A DNA stretch of 64,000 bases, from NCBI RefSeq assembly GCF_009914755.1, contig NC_060927.1; one strand, written 5' to 3'. Shown here piece by piece: positions 13,501 to 26,212 of the stretch. The notes under the pieces were generated by a model. The model searched no databases. It worked only from the letters and a program-made list of their open reading frames with translations, and was not told the origin of the DNA. The position numbers were made by a program, and so were the translations under genes. This DNA comes from the human T2T-CHM13v2.0 reference genome, Homo sapiens. Every line of letters begins with the position of its first letter. The stretch's first letter is position 1.

Positions 13501-14938
13501 GAGGGGAATATACACAGAGGCTTTCAATCCACAGCCACTCTTTTATTCTCTCTTATTGGAGAATAGAAACCAGACCTATGGCTTATCTCAAATATAAATC
13601 TTATTCAACATACAACAAAGGGGACACATATATTCACAATGAATTTTTGTCATCTTGTGTCTTCAAAAGAGATTTTAGGTTGGCTTTGGCTGCAAAAAAA
13701 TTATATGTTGACTTTTGGTTGGAAGCTTTGTTCTGAAATATTTTATCAAAATGATATTCTTATAAAGGGCTACTTTGTAAATAATACTAAAATGGCCAAA
13801 TTTGTAAGACTTAAGTTATGAATTTTTTGGTATTACTTTATTCAGTTTTAACATAGTTTTGCATATGATAGATGACCATAAATATATGCAGTTGATTTAT
13901 TTTATTGGCATCTGTGTATTGTCAAAGTAGATATGTTAATGATGCATTCACTCAGGCAACTTTCCATAGATACTGTTTTTGGAGTCTCTATCAAATGGCC
14001 TTTAAAGCTGCTTAACTACAATAAAACTGGCATCATTACTTGAGTAAACATTTGAGCTTAACCCCCCAAAAGAAGAAAAAATGTATATCTTACGTTTTCT
14101 CACCCATCTTTTCCTTATCTTTTTTCTTTATTCTTCACAGGTAATAGATGTAGTTCTAAACACTATTTGGCTATTAAAAAATCTCTGCCCTTAGATATTC
14201 CATGCTGAGGTTATTTAAAAGAATATGCTGCAGATACTGAAGAAAACTGCAGTGTAGATGAATCTAGATTGTTATATATATCAGAGAACAAATATCACCT
14301 AATGTGCTAGAGCAAGAAAGAAAATTAATGGATGAATAAATTATCTCTTATGTAAACTTCAAATAAGCAAATTGGTTGTTTACCTAGCAGCTTGAGCCTT
14401 CTCTATAGACCACTAATGATCATTAAAAATGAAACAGTTGAGCTATCATGTGAATCTGTTTTCATTTCTGACTTCTGTGACTGAGCTCAGATGTTGTGTG
14501 TACTTAAATCTGCCTGTAGGGTATCTTTGAGTGCTTCATGGGATGGCCAGTGGCAAGCTCTGCCCCACATTAACTGACTCTAGCAAATCCTTTTGAAGAA
14601 CTAACATCCTCCTGTTTAAGTCATGTCTACTCTCATGAAAATATACTAACATCACCTTGTAGTTTATTGCGAGGATGTTAGAGTGAAATAACTGCCACAT
14701 TTCTATTAGTATTCATCCATTTTCTGTGTGCATTTTTGCTTAGAAAGTGGGTTTGAAGCCACCAACCGTGTTGATGTGAAGGTGATATCTGGCGTAAGTT
14801 TTGTAGCCACAGAGAAGACTGGTTAGCAGATTGTTGCTGTATAATTACTCTGTTTTCATTCCTAACTCTATAAATCTTTTACAAAGAATCTGTTCATCAT
14901 TTCTTCATGAAAGGTAGCTTGAAGAAAAGCCCCACTAT

Positions 14939-15238
14939 GGCTGGGCACGGTGGCTCACGCCTGTAATCCCTGCACTTTGGGAGGCTGAGTTGGGTGGATC
15001 ACGAGGTCAGGAGTTCAAGACCAGACTGGCCAAGATGGTGAAACCCCGTCTCAACTAAAAATACAAAAATTAGCTGGGCATGGTGGCAGGCACTTGTAAT
15101 CCCAGCTACTCAGGTGGCTGAGACAGAGAATTGCTTGAAGCAGGGAGGTGGAGGTTGCAGTGAGCCAAGAATGCGCCACTGCACTCCACCCTGGGCGACA
15201 GAGTGAGACCCTGTCTCCAAAAAAAAAAAAAAAGAAAA
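14939..15238 (+). mobile_element. Alu, full length (AluSg/Sx3-like) with perfect 17-bp TSD
   Basis: Diagnostic 'ggatcacgaggtcaggagttcaagaccagactggccaagatggtg'. TSD aagaaaagccccactat at 14922-14938 and 15239-15255. Confidence 0.97.
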
Positions 15239-17082
15239 AAGAAAAGCCCCACTATCAACCTAACAGAGTTGTGGAGAGTGTAAATGTGAGTATTGTGTAT
15301 TTGCACCACGGAATATCAGCTGAGTTTGGTGCTTCAGGTAGGCGATCAAACTGAATATATCAGTTTTATTTTTGAAAAGGAAATATGAACAATAGGTAAG
15401 AGTTTTGATATTCTTCTGAAATCTGTGAACTCACTCTAAAGCAGGTCTTAAAAAAGAATCTCTATAATTTGCAATCAAAGGAATCAAAAGCAAAACCTCC
15501 TGATGTAAAGAGTTTTACTGGCTGTGCAAGATTTGCTTGGCCATAACCAAGATTTGCAGGTAACACAGAGGATCACAAAATTATTTTTTAATCTCCCACC
15601 ACAATGATTTCAAAACAGAAACTCATTAGATATTATTTACTAATAAAAATACTTTGCAGCTCCTATATATATTTATTTCTGACCACCAAGGCTTAAATTT
15701 CAACTGATATAAGTATCACATTCATCAGATAAGATGCTTGTAATTCTGGCATATTCATTTTTACCAGCATTGCATAACCTGCCCAAACTGGATGGTAGTC
15801 CATCATTCCCTAAAGAAGTGAGTGGATAAACGATGTGTATAAGTGTCTACCATAGACAGGATTATCTCTATAACAACTCTATATGGAAACATTAACCCAC
15901 AACAGGTCTCTGCTAAAGGATTTTTGTGACATCCATCTAATTGTCACAGAAGCACAGATGCAAGCTTAGGAGTCCTGTGAGAACAGCTATTGCTACCATC
16001 CAGTTTAGCATCAGAAAACAGAGCAGATCATGTAATGCTAGCACAGATAATAAACCAGGATTCCTATCATTCTCACCGATGAATTTTACATTTAACATTA
16101 TCTTCAACTTAAATCTAAGTGGTTAGGATAAACCATAGTTTCATCAAATTCTGTTTCCATTGCCACTGTTATTTTGACACATCCTCAAAATAACTGCCTT
16201 CACCCTTTCTTAGTTGAAAGATAGACAGTGTTTTTCTCAATTTTCATCTTGGAACAATTTACTGAAAGAAAACTTACGATGAGTGAGCTTAAAACTCTTA
16301 GCAACTTAGGCCTGAATGTCATTAAATTAAGAAAGCCCCTCTGTGATTATAAATAGTCACAGGGCATTAGTGATGTAGGTCTGAAGAGCTCTAATCTATT
16401 ACAAAAACTTTCCTTCAGAGGCTTTGATTTGTGAGCAATGCTATTTTACAGGGAGAGGTATTGAGCCTTTACATTTACTGTTAGACAAATGTAGGTTGAA
16501 ATAATGTACCTGCAGTACAAAGGTCACATATTAAGGACTTTATTCACTTGAAAACTGAAAACCATTGCCTAGAACATTTTACTTACTTTTATTGAAAACA
16601 TTTTATTGGCTGTTTCTGTGGACATGTGTCCTTTCAAATGACACAAAATATGGTATTCAACTCAATACAGACACATTCAACAAAGCACGGACATATTTTT
16701 CAAGCTTTGGTTCTTTTGACTTTATTATGTTACCCATCATTCCTTTAACTTTTTTTTAAATAAAATCACTTACGCATTCCCTACATGTAGCACCAAGAAA
16801 TTCTACTGTGGCCCTATTTTGTTAATTTTAGAGATAGAAAATTGAAGAAGGTTTATTTTTATATTGGTTGCTAAGGTTTTGCTCCACCTAAATTATGTGT
16901 ACATACAACAGAAACTGTGCACCTTACACATAATAGAAAATACTAATTTGCTGCTAACATAGATAAACTGACAGAAGAAACAATTTATTTGAATGTATAG
17001 ATTCAGTCCCTTTTTCAATTATGTAGACATCATAACAATATTCATGTTGCCACACACAAATGACAATTTTAAAGTGTTAGTT

Positions 17083-17228
17083 AAATAGGGTGTCACTCTC
17101 ATCCAGGCTGGTGTGCAGTTGTCACAATCACAGCTCACTGCAGCCTTCAGTTCCAGGGCTCAAGCGGTCCTCCTGCCTCATCCTCCTGAATAGCTAGCAC
17201 TACAGGCTCACACCACCACACTGGCTGA
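17083..17228 (-). mobile_element. Alu right monomer (FRAM/AluJ-like)
   Basis: 'cactctcatccaggctggtgtgcagttgtcacaatcacagctcactgcagcc...gggctcaagcggtcctcctgcctca', J-type diagnostics, single monomer only. Confidence 0.88.
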
Positions 17229-17322
17229 CCCCTATATAATTTAAAGTAAAAAAATCCATCTGAAATACATATCATTAATTCGTTCTGAATTTTGTTGTTA
17301 ACAATTTTTTGTAAGAAATTTA

Positions 17323-17658
<336 letters not shown>

Positions 17659-17718
17659 TCACTTAACTTCTTAATTGAGAACTTATCAAATATGGGGCTA
17701 CATAAGAAAGTGGGATAC

Positions 17719-18088
17719 TGTTATGGACTAAATATTTGGGTCCTCCCAAATATTCTTATGTTGAAATTCTAACATCCAATGCGATGGAATTAGGAGATGG
17801 GCCTCTGACAGGAGATTCAGTAATAACAGCAGATCCCTCATCAGTGTTATTGGTGCCCTTTTAAAAGAGACATCAAAGCACTCCCTCACTCCTTCAGCCA
17901 TGGGAGGATACAGCAAGAAGAGGGTTGTCCATGAACCACGAAGCAGGCCCTCAGCAGACACTAAATTTGCTAGCATCTTGATCTTGAATTTCCCAGCCTC
18001 CTGAAATGTGAGGAAAGGAAAAAATCTATTGTGTCCAAGCCATCCAGTCTGTGATATTGTATTAGAACAGCCTAAATGGGCTGAGACA
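17719..18088 (+). mobile_element. MLT1A/A0 MaLR solo LTR
   Basis: tgttatggactaaatatttgggtcctcccaaa...gaagcaggccctcagcagacac...cttgatcttgaatttcccagcctcc...ctgagaca, with TG...CA termini. Confidence 0.88.
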
Positions 18089-19940
18089 GAACACTAGATT
18101 GGTTATGTGGGTTGGTAGCATTAATACAAAGAAATAATGTTTGCCATTCAGAAAAAGTCTGGAAGCCTTCATCCTCAGGAATATGAGAAATCTGGACTTT
18201 CAGAGGCATTTACTCTCTGAAAGGAACAGTAACAACAAAAACAACAAAAAAAGAGATGGAGATAATTCTTACTCGGTACAGATTTACATACTTTGCAAGT
18301 TTGCCTTAGGCAGAAACAAAGCAAGGCAGCATACTTATTTTTAACTTTTGTTTGTTAAAGAAGCTATAGACTAGTGTATTATAAAATTCAAATTCATATT
18401 TATAGTTAAATTAGTCATTCAGGTAAAAGAATGAGGCTAAAAATAATTTCGCTTTCCAATTAAAATAGAGATTTAGGAGATTAGCGATTTGCCCACTCTC
18501 TTTTGCAAAGCCTGCCACTGAAGTTAGGAAAGGTTAAAAGTATTGGAATTTATAATTCTAGTCATCAAGAGCATTTTGTTTGTCAACTAGATTTCTTGGC
18601 ACAACAATCAAATTCTGATAATATGGCAATTAGTTACTAATTTCTTTTTGTCCACTACGACACACAAAAATATCCCAAGTAGTGTATCAAAAGCTTTTTT
18701 AGTGCACGTATATGATTGGACAAAACCCAAGATTTTTCAAAATCTGGCATAAATTCTTAAACAGTTTGAGTTCCTCAACATGAGTCAAGTGGCTTGTTTA
18801 CAATTAGCTAGGAAAACTTACAGCTTCCATTTACCTGTAGTACAAATTATCACCTTTAATAAAAAATCAATCTGTAATCTCAAGTTTATTGATGGATATC
18901 TAAAATCTAAAATCTCTCAAGTATTTCAGTGGTAAAATTAAAAATTTTTACAAAGTTTCCTAACTTCTACATAAAACATTTTTCTTAACTTTTGAAGTAT
19001 TTTGTACATTACCTGAGCTTCTGTGATAAGAGAAATAAACACATTTTAATATGCTTTTCATCTGTTCCTTCCTATTAATTATAAAGTAGCATATTTCTGA
19101 TGAGTCTTTTGGCTCTTCCATTTCATTTCCTTCATAATATAATAGACGGAACTGTCGTTGTGATATATTAGTAGTCAGAAATAGTTTTCAGTTTATTAAG
19201 TTCCTTAACTATACTACATTCCTCTCTGAATCTGATTACTTCCTGCATTATTTACTCATTTATTTCATCTTCTTTTGACCAGCCTGATTCTGTTGTGTGG
19301 CTTTTCATCTTTCATCTTCAAAGCTCGATTCTGGATCATATGTGACTGTCTAAAGTTAGTTGCTGGTATAAACTTCAAATGCAAAACTTTTGTTAAAAAA
19401 TTCCAGCTGAGGTTTATCATCCCTAAAAATGTACTGCTGTTTCTACCACACTATTCTTTTTATTGTCATGATCATAAGGCTGAATAGAGAAACAGGCTGT
19501 TTTCATTTCAATCATGCTAACAATCCAGGAAAATTAGGCTTTGATCTTTGGGAAGAAGATTTGGGACACCCAGTGTGTTACAATTGGCTTTAGAGATTTA
19601 TTTTACAAGAAACTTGCGTGTATGTATCAGAATGTGTTTTATATTCATTGCCAAGGGGGTAGAGTTGAGGTAGGAAGTCATTCTGCTGTCTGCCATGAAG
19701 AAATCAGGTTTAAGTGATTTGAAAAGACTTAGGTGGGACTTCTATGACTGAATGAAATAGGTTTCCAGGTTAATAGTAATGCCTCTGGAAATGTTTCCTA
19801 AAAATTGAAGGCAGGAAAGAGTGAACCAACTGTAAACTGGGAACAGAGGGAATGAAGTAGGAGGAAACACTGTTGGGGGCCTTGTCATTGGGTTGACCAC
19901 AGGTTTATCCTGGAGGGAGATCTTAGATGGAAAACTTTGT

Positions 19941-20145
19941 GTTTCACGCCGTTCTTCTGCCTCAGTCTCCCAAGTAGCCGGGATTACAGGTGCCTGCCAC
20001 CCACGCCTGGCTAATTTTTGTATTTTTAGTAGAGACAGGGTTTCGCAATGTTGGCCAGGCTGATATCGAACTCCTGACCTCATGATCCGCCCTTCTCAGC
20101 CTCCCAAAGTGCTAGGACTACAGGCGTGAACCACCGCACCTGGCC
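19941..20145 (-). mobile_element. Alu lacking its 3' ~80 nt and poly(A), flanked by a TSD
   Basis: Intact 5' end (ggcc at 20145). The element stops at 'gaacggcgtgaaac' in the right monomer. Direct repeat aaaactttgt at 19931-19940 and 20146-20155. Confidence 0.92.
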
Positions 20146-20155
20146 AAAACTTTGT

Positions 20156-20633
20156 ATTTTTTAAACAGCTTGATTGAGAGACAGTTTACCTACCATAAAG
20201 TCCACCAGCTTAAAGTACACAATTTAGTGGGTTTTAGCACATTTACAGAATTATGCAACCATCATCATAACCTAATTTTAGAATATACCACTTAAATGAA
20301 ACCTGGTGTTTATTAGCACTCACTACCCATTCTCTCTCCCTACACCCTCAGGCTGGCCCCAGGGTCAATCACTAATCTACATTCTATCGCCACAGTTGTG
20401 TCTCTTCTGGATATTTTGTGTAGGTGGAAGCACACCATGTGTGATCTTTTGTGAATGGCTTCTTTCACTTAGAATATTTTTGAGGTTTATCCATATTGTA
20501 GCATATATCAGTACTTCATTGCTTTTTGTTACTGAATAGTGTTTCATCACATTTTGGTTATCAATTTACCAGTTAATGGGCATTGGATTGCTTCCAACTT
20601 TTGTCTACGATTAATAAAGCTGCTATGAACATT
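20156..20633 (-). mobile_element. LINE-1 3' end (L1MB7/8-like)
   Basis: 'ttttttaaacagcttgattgagagacagtttacctaccataaag...tgcaaccatcatcataacc...cactaatctacattct...ggcttctttcacttag...gctgctatgaacatt'. Confidence 0.88.
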
Positions 20634-21524
20634 AGACAAAATGCTTTTCAAATTTAAGGTACTTTTTTGTTTATGTACATAATTTATATTAATTTCTTAC
20701 AATTGAAATATGGAAAATAAAACTATAGATATGTTTTGTCAGAAAATAACACTGCTTCTAATTTTACATACTAAAATTAGAATATGATTACTTTTAAAGG
20801 TGAAAATATATAAATGTGTGTTTCATACATTATTCCTTGTGTTATACAATTTTTCTATTTGGATGGAAAAGAAAAATTAACATTTTACTTGTCAGAATTA
20901 TTATTTTTAAAGTATGTATTACAATAGTATACATTCATATCACATCATTTTCGAAATAAAATATGCTATTAAGGTAAGTTTCTATCAACTGATTAAATGC
21001 CAAGTTCATATATAAAGAAGAAATAAATATTATTTTTAAAATGTATTGAGTTCCTTTTATATACATAGAAAATGTGGGAGATAAAATATGAGTAGTGCAC
21101 CATCTTTGGGGAAAAAAATCCATAAACATAAGTGACAAGACTATTTGTTTGCTTTATTTAAACTTTGGCTCTTCCTTGAAGAAAATAATGTTCTGGGAAG
21201 GTCTTTGTGCAGAGGCAACACAGTTTCCTTACTGTCTCCCCACCGAGGGATGGAACTGCCATTCTCCCAGCCTCCTATTATAAGTCTAGGCCCCGCCCAC
21301 TTCATTCTCATACAAAATTCTTTGTCTCCTCTTTGTCCTTGTCTTCCAGTGCTAGTAAGCCCCATAGCTACATATTCTATTGTTTACTGACTTATTTCCC
21401 CATTCATCTCCATTCATTAAAGACTTTGGTGACTGGTGGACACACTTTTCTCTTTCATCCAAAGTCTTGCTTTCATACTGCTATCAACAATATTTATACA
21501 GATTATAATTCTAACCTTCTATAG

Positions 21525-21703
21525 CAGTTTCTCTAAGTGTGAGTTGTCTACTACCTGTATCCAAATCATCTGGGTTAAGGGGGCAAATTCATGAATACCA
21601 TACCAGACCTCTTAAATCAGAATCCCTAGAAGTAAAATCAGCAAGTTCTGCATCACAAGCTCTCCAAACTATGTTTCCACACATTAAAGTTTGAGAATGG
21701 CCG
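21525..21703. mobile_element. MER5A/B hAT-Charlie element
   Basis: cagtttctctaagtgtg...aatcatctggg...ccagacctcttaaatcagaatcc...cacattaaagtttgagaat. Confidence 0.7.
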
Positions 21704-21719
21704 TCTAGATTCTCTTGCT

Positions 21720-23080
21720 TATTGTACTCAGCAATCACATTCAGCATCTACACTGTCTAGTCACCCACTCCCATGTAGACACTGTGGTCGATTATTCTAC
21801 CTCTGACATCATGAATTCCACTCTTGGCACATAAACTTTTATCTTTTAATTCCTATTAATTATACTTTCAGCTTTTGTCCTTAGATGTTTTAGCATTCTC
21901 CTGTCTTCATTTGCTTCTCCATCCAGCCCAAATCCCAATATCCAACACTGCAGTAGCTCCTGACCAGCCCTCTGGACCCCCTTAGGCCAAGATCATGCCA
22001 CCACACTCCAGCAGGGGCAGCAGACTGAAACTCTGTCTCATATTTTCAATCAAATATGTTCAACAAACCACAATCTTATGTTAATCCAACTACCATCTTG
22101 ACTGCTATATCCAGCCATCTCAGAACAGCTGGCAACTATTTCCGCAAGTCTTCAGATTATTGACAGTACCATATTTGTTATTCTCCACCTACACCATTTA
22201 ATACACTGCTTACCAGCTAGTCAGCTCTCTGCTCTATTCTCCCCAATAGCTAATTCAGAAATTTATGATGCCAAGAATTCCATTTCCCCAGCACTGTTTT
22301 CTTTCAGCAGGTGATCTTGCTTCCTGTTTCATACCTCCAGACCCCAATATCTATTTGTTTACCAAATACATCCTCTTGAATTTCCAGCAGCCACTTAAAA
22401 TTAAATATGTCCGTAGTAGGCTGAGTAATGGCCCCAAAGATATCACACCCTAATCTCTGCAACCTATAAATGTTACTTATATGGAAAAATGGTCTTTGAA
22501 GACGTGATTCTGTTAAGGACTTTGAGATAGGGAGATTAGCTTTTATTATCCAGGTGGCCCTAAATTCAATCATGAGTGTCCTTACGAGAGAGGCAGGGGA
22601 GGATTCCATAGGCGCAGAAAAGAAGTCAGTGTGACCACAGAGGCAGAGGGTGGAGTAATTTGGCTGCAATTCAGGGAACTCCAGCAGCCATCAGAAGCTA
22701 TAATAAAAGTGGCAAGCAGCATGTTTTTCCCTAGAGTCTCTGCAGGGAACATATCCCTGCTGACAACTTGATGTCAGCTCAGTAATACTGATTTCAGACT
22801 TCTGCCCTCCGTAACTGTGAGAAAATAAGTTTGTTGTTTTAAACCACCAAGTTTGTGGTCATTTATTATAGCGCCCAGAAGGCACTAAGGTAATGGCCAA
22901 GAATTTTTTTTTTCAAATTTTCTACTCTTTTTTAAGTAACAGGCACAAACTTCTCTAAATATTTTTTAATTTTTATCCCTAATATCTAACATGTCAAGTT
23001 CTGTTGATTCTATTTAATACATCTCTCTCTAAATTATTCCTTCTTTTACAGACCCACTGCCATTGTCCTTGCACAAATGA
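21720..23080 (+). mobile_element. Degraded L2, interrupted by MLT1C
   Basis: Sense L2 motifs such as 'cagcaggtgatcttgcttcctgtttca' and 'cttgaatttccagcagccacttaaaattaaatatgtc' (cut by the LTR), resuming with 'tcaagttctgttgattctat...cccactgccattg'. Confidence 0.5.
22412..22892 (+). mobile_element. MLT1C MaLR solo LTR
   Basis: gtagtaggctgagtaatggccccaaagatatc...gagatagggagatt...tatccaggtggccctaaattcaatc...tttaaaccaccaagtttgtgg. Approximate TSD atgtc/atggc. Confidence 0.9.
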
Positions 23081-24089
23081 CTTTTGATCCAGCCTTCTAG
23101 AATTGGCTCTGTGGCAAACTGACCTAAGTTCTTGTTATTTCAGAAATTATTATGTTCCTTTTGTAAATACTGGTGGCTTTCAGTGACTAGGGATAGGAAG
23201 TGATTATACTTGTCTCTAAAAATTTTTTCTGGTTTGCTATAATGAGACATATGCCAGATCAAAATCTGCTATATGTGCAGATGCTTATTAGTAAGCAATA
23301 ACAAAGTTTCATTTCATACATGTTCCTGAAACTCAGCAAGCTTCTGTTTTCTTTCTGTAAGAACTCTATGGGAACCAGTCCCTGAGTCAACGTAGTCATA
23401 TTTTGGCCTTTGGAGCAGCCAAAGTTCTAGTTGGATCAAAGGCAGGTATTCTCTGTTAGGTGGGGGAATGCAGGCCTCAGTGGAATTCTACACTGAGGGC
23501 ACTACTCTGAAGGTAGCAAGCTCTTTAACTGTTTATTTCCCCTAGAGTATCCACAGAGGAGCAATGAGCCTTCGGAATCTTTCTAGCTAAACAAACACTT
23601 GGAGTGTTCCCCATTTCTCCAACGAATATTAATGTCTAACATCCTTTAACTAAGCTAATTAGTGAAACTTCTGCCATAGATTAGGTCATATGCGAATTAC
23701 TTACAGAGCTATCTCTTGGATGTGTGTTCAAGATTGGGTCCCTTCAAATGCTAAGAAACCATCCTTAGAGTACCCAAGAAAGCTAACATCACACGCGCAT
23801 ACATCAGTCTGTTTTTTCTTAGTTAATTAAAGTAAATTACTTCAAAGAAAATTTGCACAGACTCACTTCTTTTTGCTTTTTCTGTCTCTCCCTGCATATC
23901 CATTTCTATACTGTTTCCAGGCTGATCTTGTAAACAGTGTACCTGTCACTCATCTTTGAAGGCTGTCATACCTCCAGGGCATGTGCTGATCTCTGTCTAC
24001 CTGTTCAGTCTCATTTTGTTCTCCATACGCTTCATTTTTCAGAAATCGTTAATTATTAGTAGTTCTAAAAAAAATTAGGCTATGATTTT

Positions 24090-24545
24090 TTTAGGTATAT
24101 TGTTAACACTTTGCCCTCCCGCAACTTGCTTACTGCAATTTTTCTCATTCTCTAGATTTGTGTTCAGAATAGTGATCCTCTATGAAGTTTTCATGTTTCT
24201 CTGTGTACCTTGGGCTGCCTTTTGTCTTCACTTTTCTGAGTTTACAACCTTATAATTTACTGATACTTTTTTTCATGTCGAGTGAGTCCTCTCCACCTCC
24301 ACCAACTCTGTAAGGTCCCAAGTGTGGTTTCTGCATCTGCTTCGTATTGAGGAGCCTCACTCCTACCATTTTTCTGAAAATTGACCTATTTCTTTTCTGA
24401 AATAATCCTTTCCTAAAGTTAACTCTTATGATATCAGATGTTATTGCGACTTGTATTTTCCCAAGCCTTGTTTATTTGTGCCTAATTAGTTCTTCATAAA
24501 TATCTGACAAATATATAAAAGAGTGAAGGAATGAAGGAATGAATT
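24090..24545 (+). mobile_element. L2 3' terminus (contains a 105-bp foreign insert)
   Basis: Ends 'ttcataaatatctgacaaatat...gagtgaaggaatgaaggaatgaat', the L2 (TGAA)n tail. Upstream 'ctccacctccaccaactctgtaaggtccc' also fits L2. Confidence 0.5.
24375..24479 (+). repeat. 105-bp dispersed direct repeat, copy 1
   Basis: Ungapped alignment to 26108-26212 with 9 mismatches by my count (about 91%). Confidence 0.95.
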
Positions 24546-25247
24546 CCAGAGGCAAAGAACATTTTTTATTCATTCAGAGGAAAAAGCTATCTCGTACAGC
24601 TACAAAAAGGAGGCTTATACAGGTTTTAGGCCCTTTGTTTTCAGGAGTAGAAAAGGGGTTCCGATGTGTTATTACAACCTGAATTATTTATGACTGACAC
24701 ACGTAAAACTGGAACTGATGTTCCCAATGATCGAGTCATTACATTCTTTGAGCATTTCTTTGGTCTGTGCTAATTCTTAATCCTGAAGTAATATCAAAAT
24801 TGAATATTGGTTTTCTTGACTGTTGCATATGTCATATTTTCATTGTCTCAAAGAATATAACATGCAGTATTTGTAACATAGAAAAAGCTGATGAACATCT
24901 GTTTCTCTTTTCATGATGTTTTGGCTGCTAGACTCTAAGAATAAAGTTATTGAAGTCAGAAGATCTGGGCTCCAGTCTTGAGGACACCAGTTAGTTCTAA
25001 AATGATCTTAAGTAAGGAAATATAACAAACACAAAATGAAGAAAATAGAAAGGAAGACAGAAGCATAGAAATGGAAATATTTAAAAAGCCCTGATTCCTG
25101 ATTTGTAGCCCTACTTGCTGCCCTAAATTCATTTTATTCATTTTTATTTGGCCAATTTATTTTGAGTAATGTGCTTTTATTTTCATTCATTCAACAAATA
25201 TTGAGCCCTAATATGTATTAGACTCTAATGTACTGAGAATAAAAACT

Positions 25248-25787
25248 AAAGAAAATGTGGTATAAACATACAACGGAATAGTCTTCAACCATAAAAAAGA
25301 ATGAAATTCTGGTATTTCCAACAAGGCGCATGGAACTGGAAGTCATGATATGTGGAATAAGTTGGGCACGGAAACAAATATCGCAAGTTCTCATTCATTT
25401 GTGGAAGCTAAAAAAGTTGATCTCAGGGAGGTAGAGAGTAGAATGCTAGATACAGAGGCTAGGAAATGTCAGGAAGGGGGCAGGAAATGGATAGTAAAGA
25501 GAAAGTGGTTAATGGGCACAAATCTACAGTTAGATAAAAGGAAAAAGTTCTCGTGTTCGATGGCATGGTAGGGTGACTATAGTTAACAACAATGTATGGT
25601 ATATTTCAAAATAGCTGGAAGAGATGATTTGAAATGCCCTAACACAAAGAAATGACAAATGCTTGAGGTGATGGATAACCTAAGTACCCTGATTTGATTG
25701 TTACACATTGTATGCATGTATCAAAATATCACATATACTGTATAGATATGTACAAATATTTTGTATTAATATTTATAAATGAAAAAA
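25248..25787 (+). mobile_element. LINE-1 3' end (L1MA4/5-like)
   Basis: aaagaaaatgtggtat...gctaaaaaagttgatctc...gtagggtgactatagttaacaac...gaggtgatggataacctaagtaccctgatttgat...catgtatcaaaatatcac. Inserted into an antisense L2 tail (ttcattcattcaacaaatattgag at about 25182). Confidence 0.9.
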
Positions 25788-26107
25788 CACCGAGAAATGA
25801 AGGACAAGTAACCTATTGCTGAAGACAGACATTACAAAAAATATTCCTAGTTGTAGGCACGTGCTCTTGCTATAGAAATATAAAATGTCATCATACAGGT
25901 CTTTGCTATACCACAAACAAACAATTTTAGAAACATATTCATTCTGTGTGTGTATGTGCCCCCTTGTTTTCCCCTACTAGTGTAATTATTGGGTTGTGTT
26001 GTTACACCAAAATTAGCATTCATCAAGTCATTTCATGTTTTGAAAAATAAGCAAGAGTTTGTTTTATGGTTAATTAAAACACTATGAAATACGTTTATTA
26101 TATTTTT

Positions 26108-26212
26108 TGAAAATTGACCTATTTCTTTTCCTAAATAATCCTTTTCTAAAGTTAACTCTTATAATATCAGATGTTATTGCAAATTGTATTTTGCCAAGCC
26201 TTGCTTGTTTGT
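26108..26212 (+). repeat. 105-bp dispersed direct repeat, copy 2
   Basis: tgaaaattgacctatttcttttc...gttaactcttat(a/g)atatcagatgttattgc...ccaagccttg; partner of 24375-24479. Confidence 0.95.
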
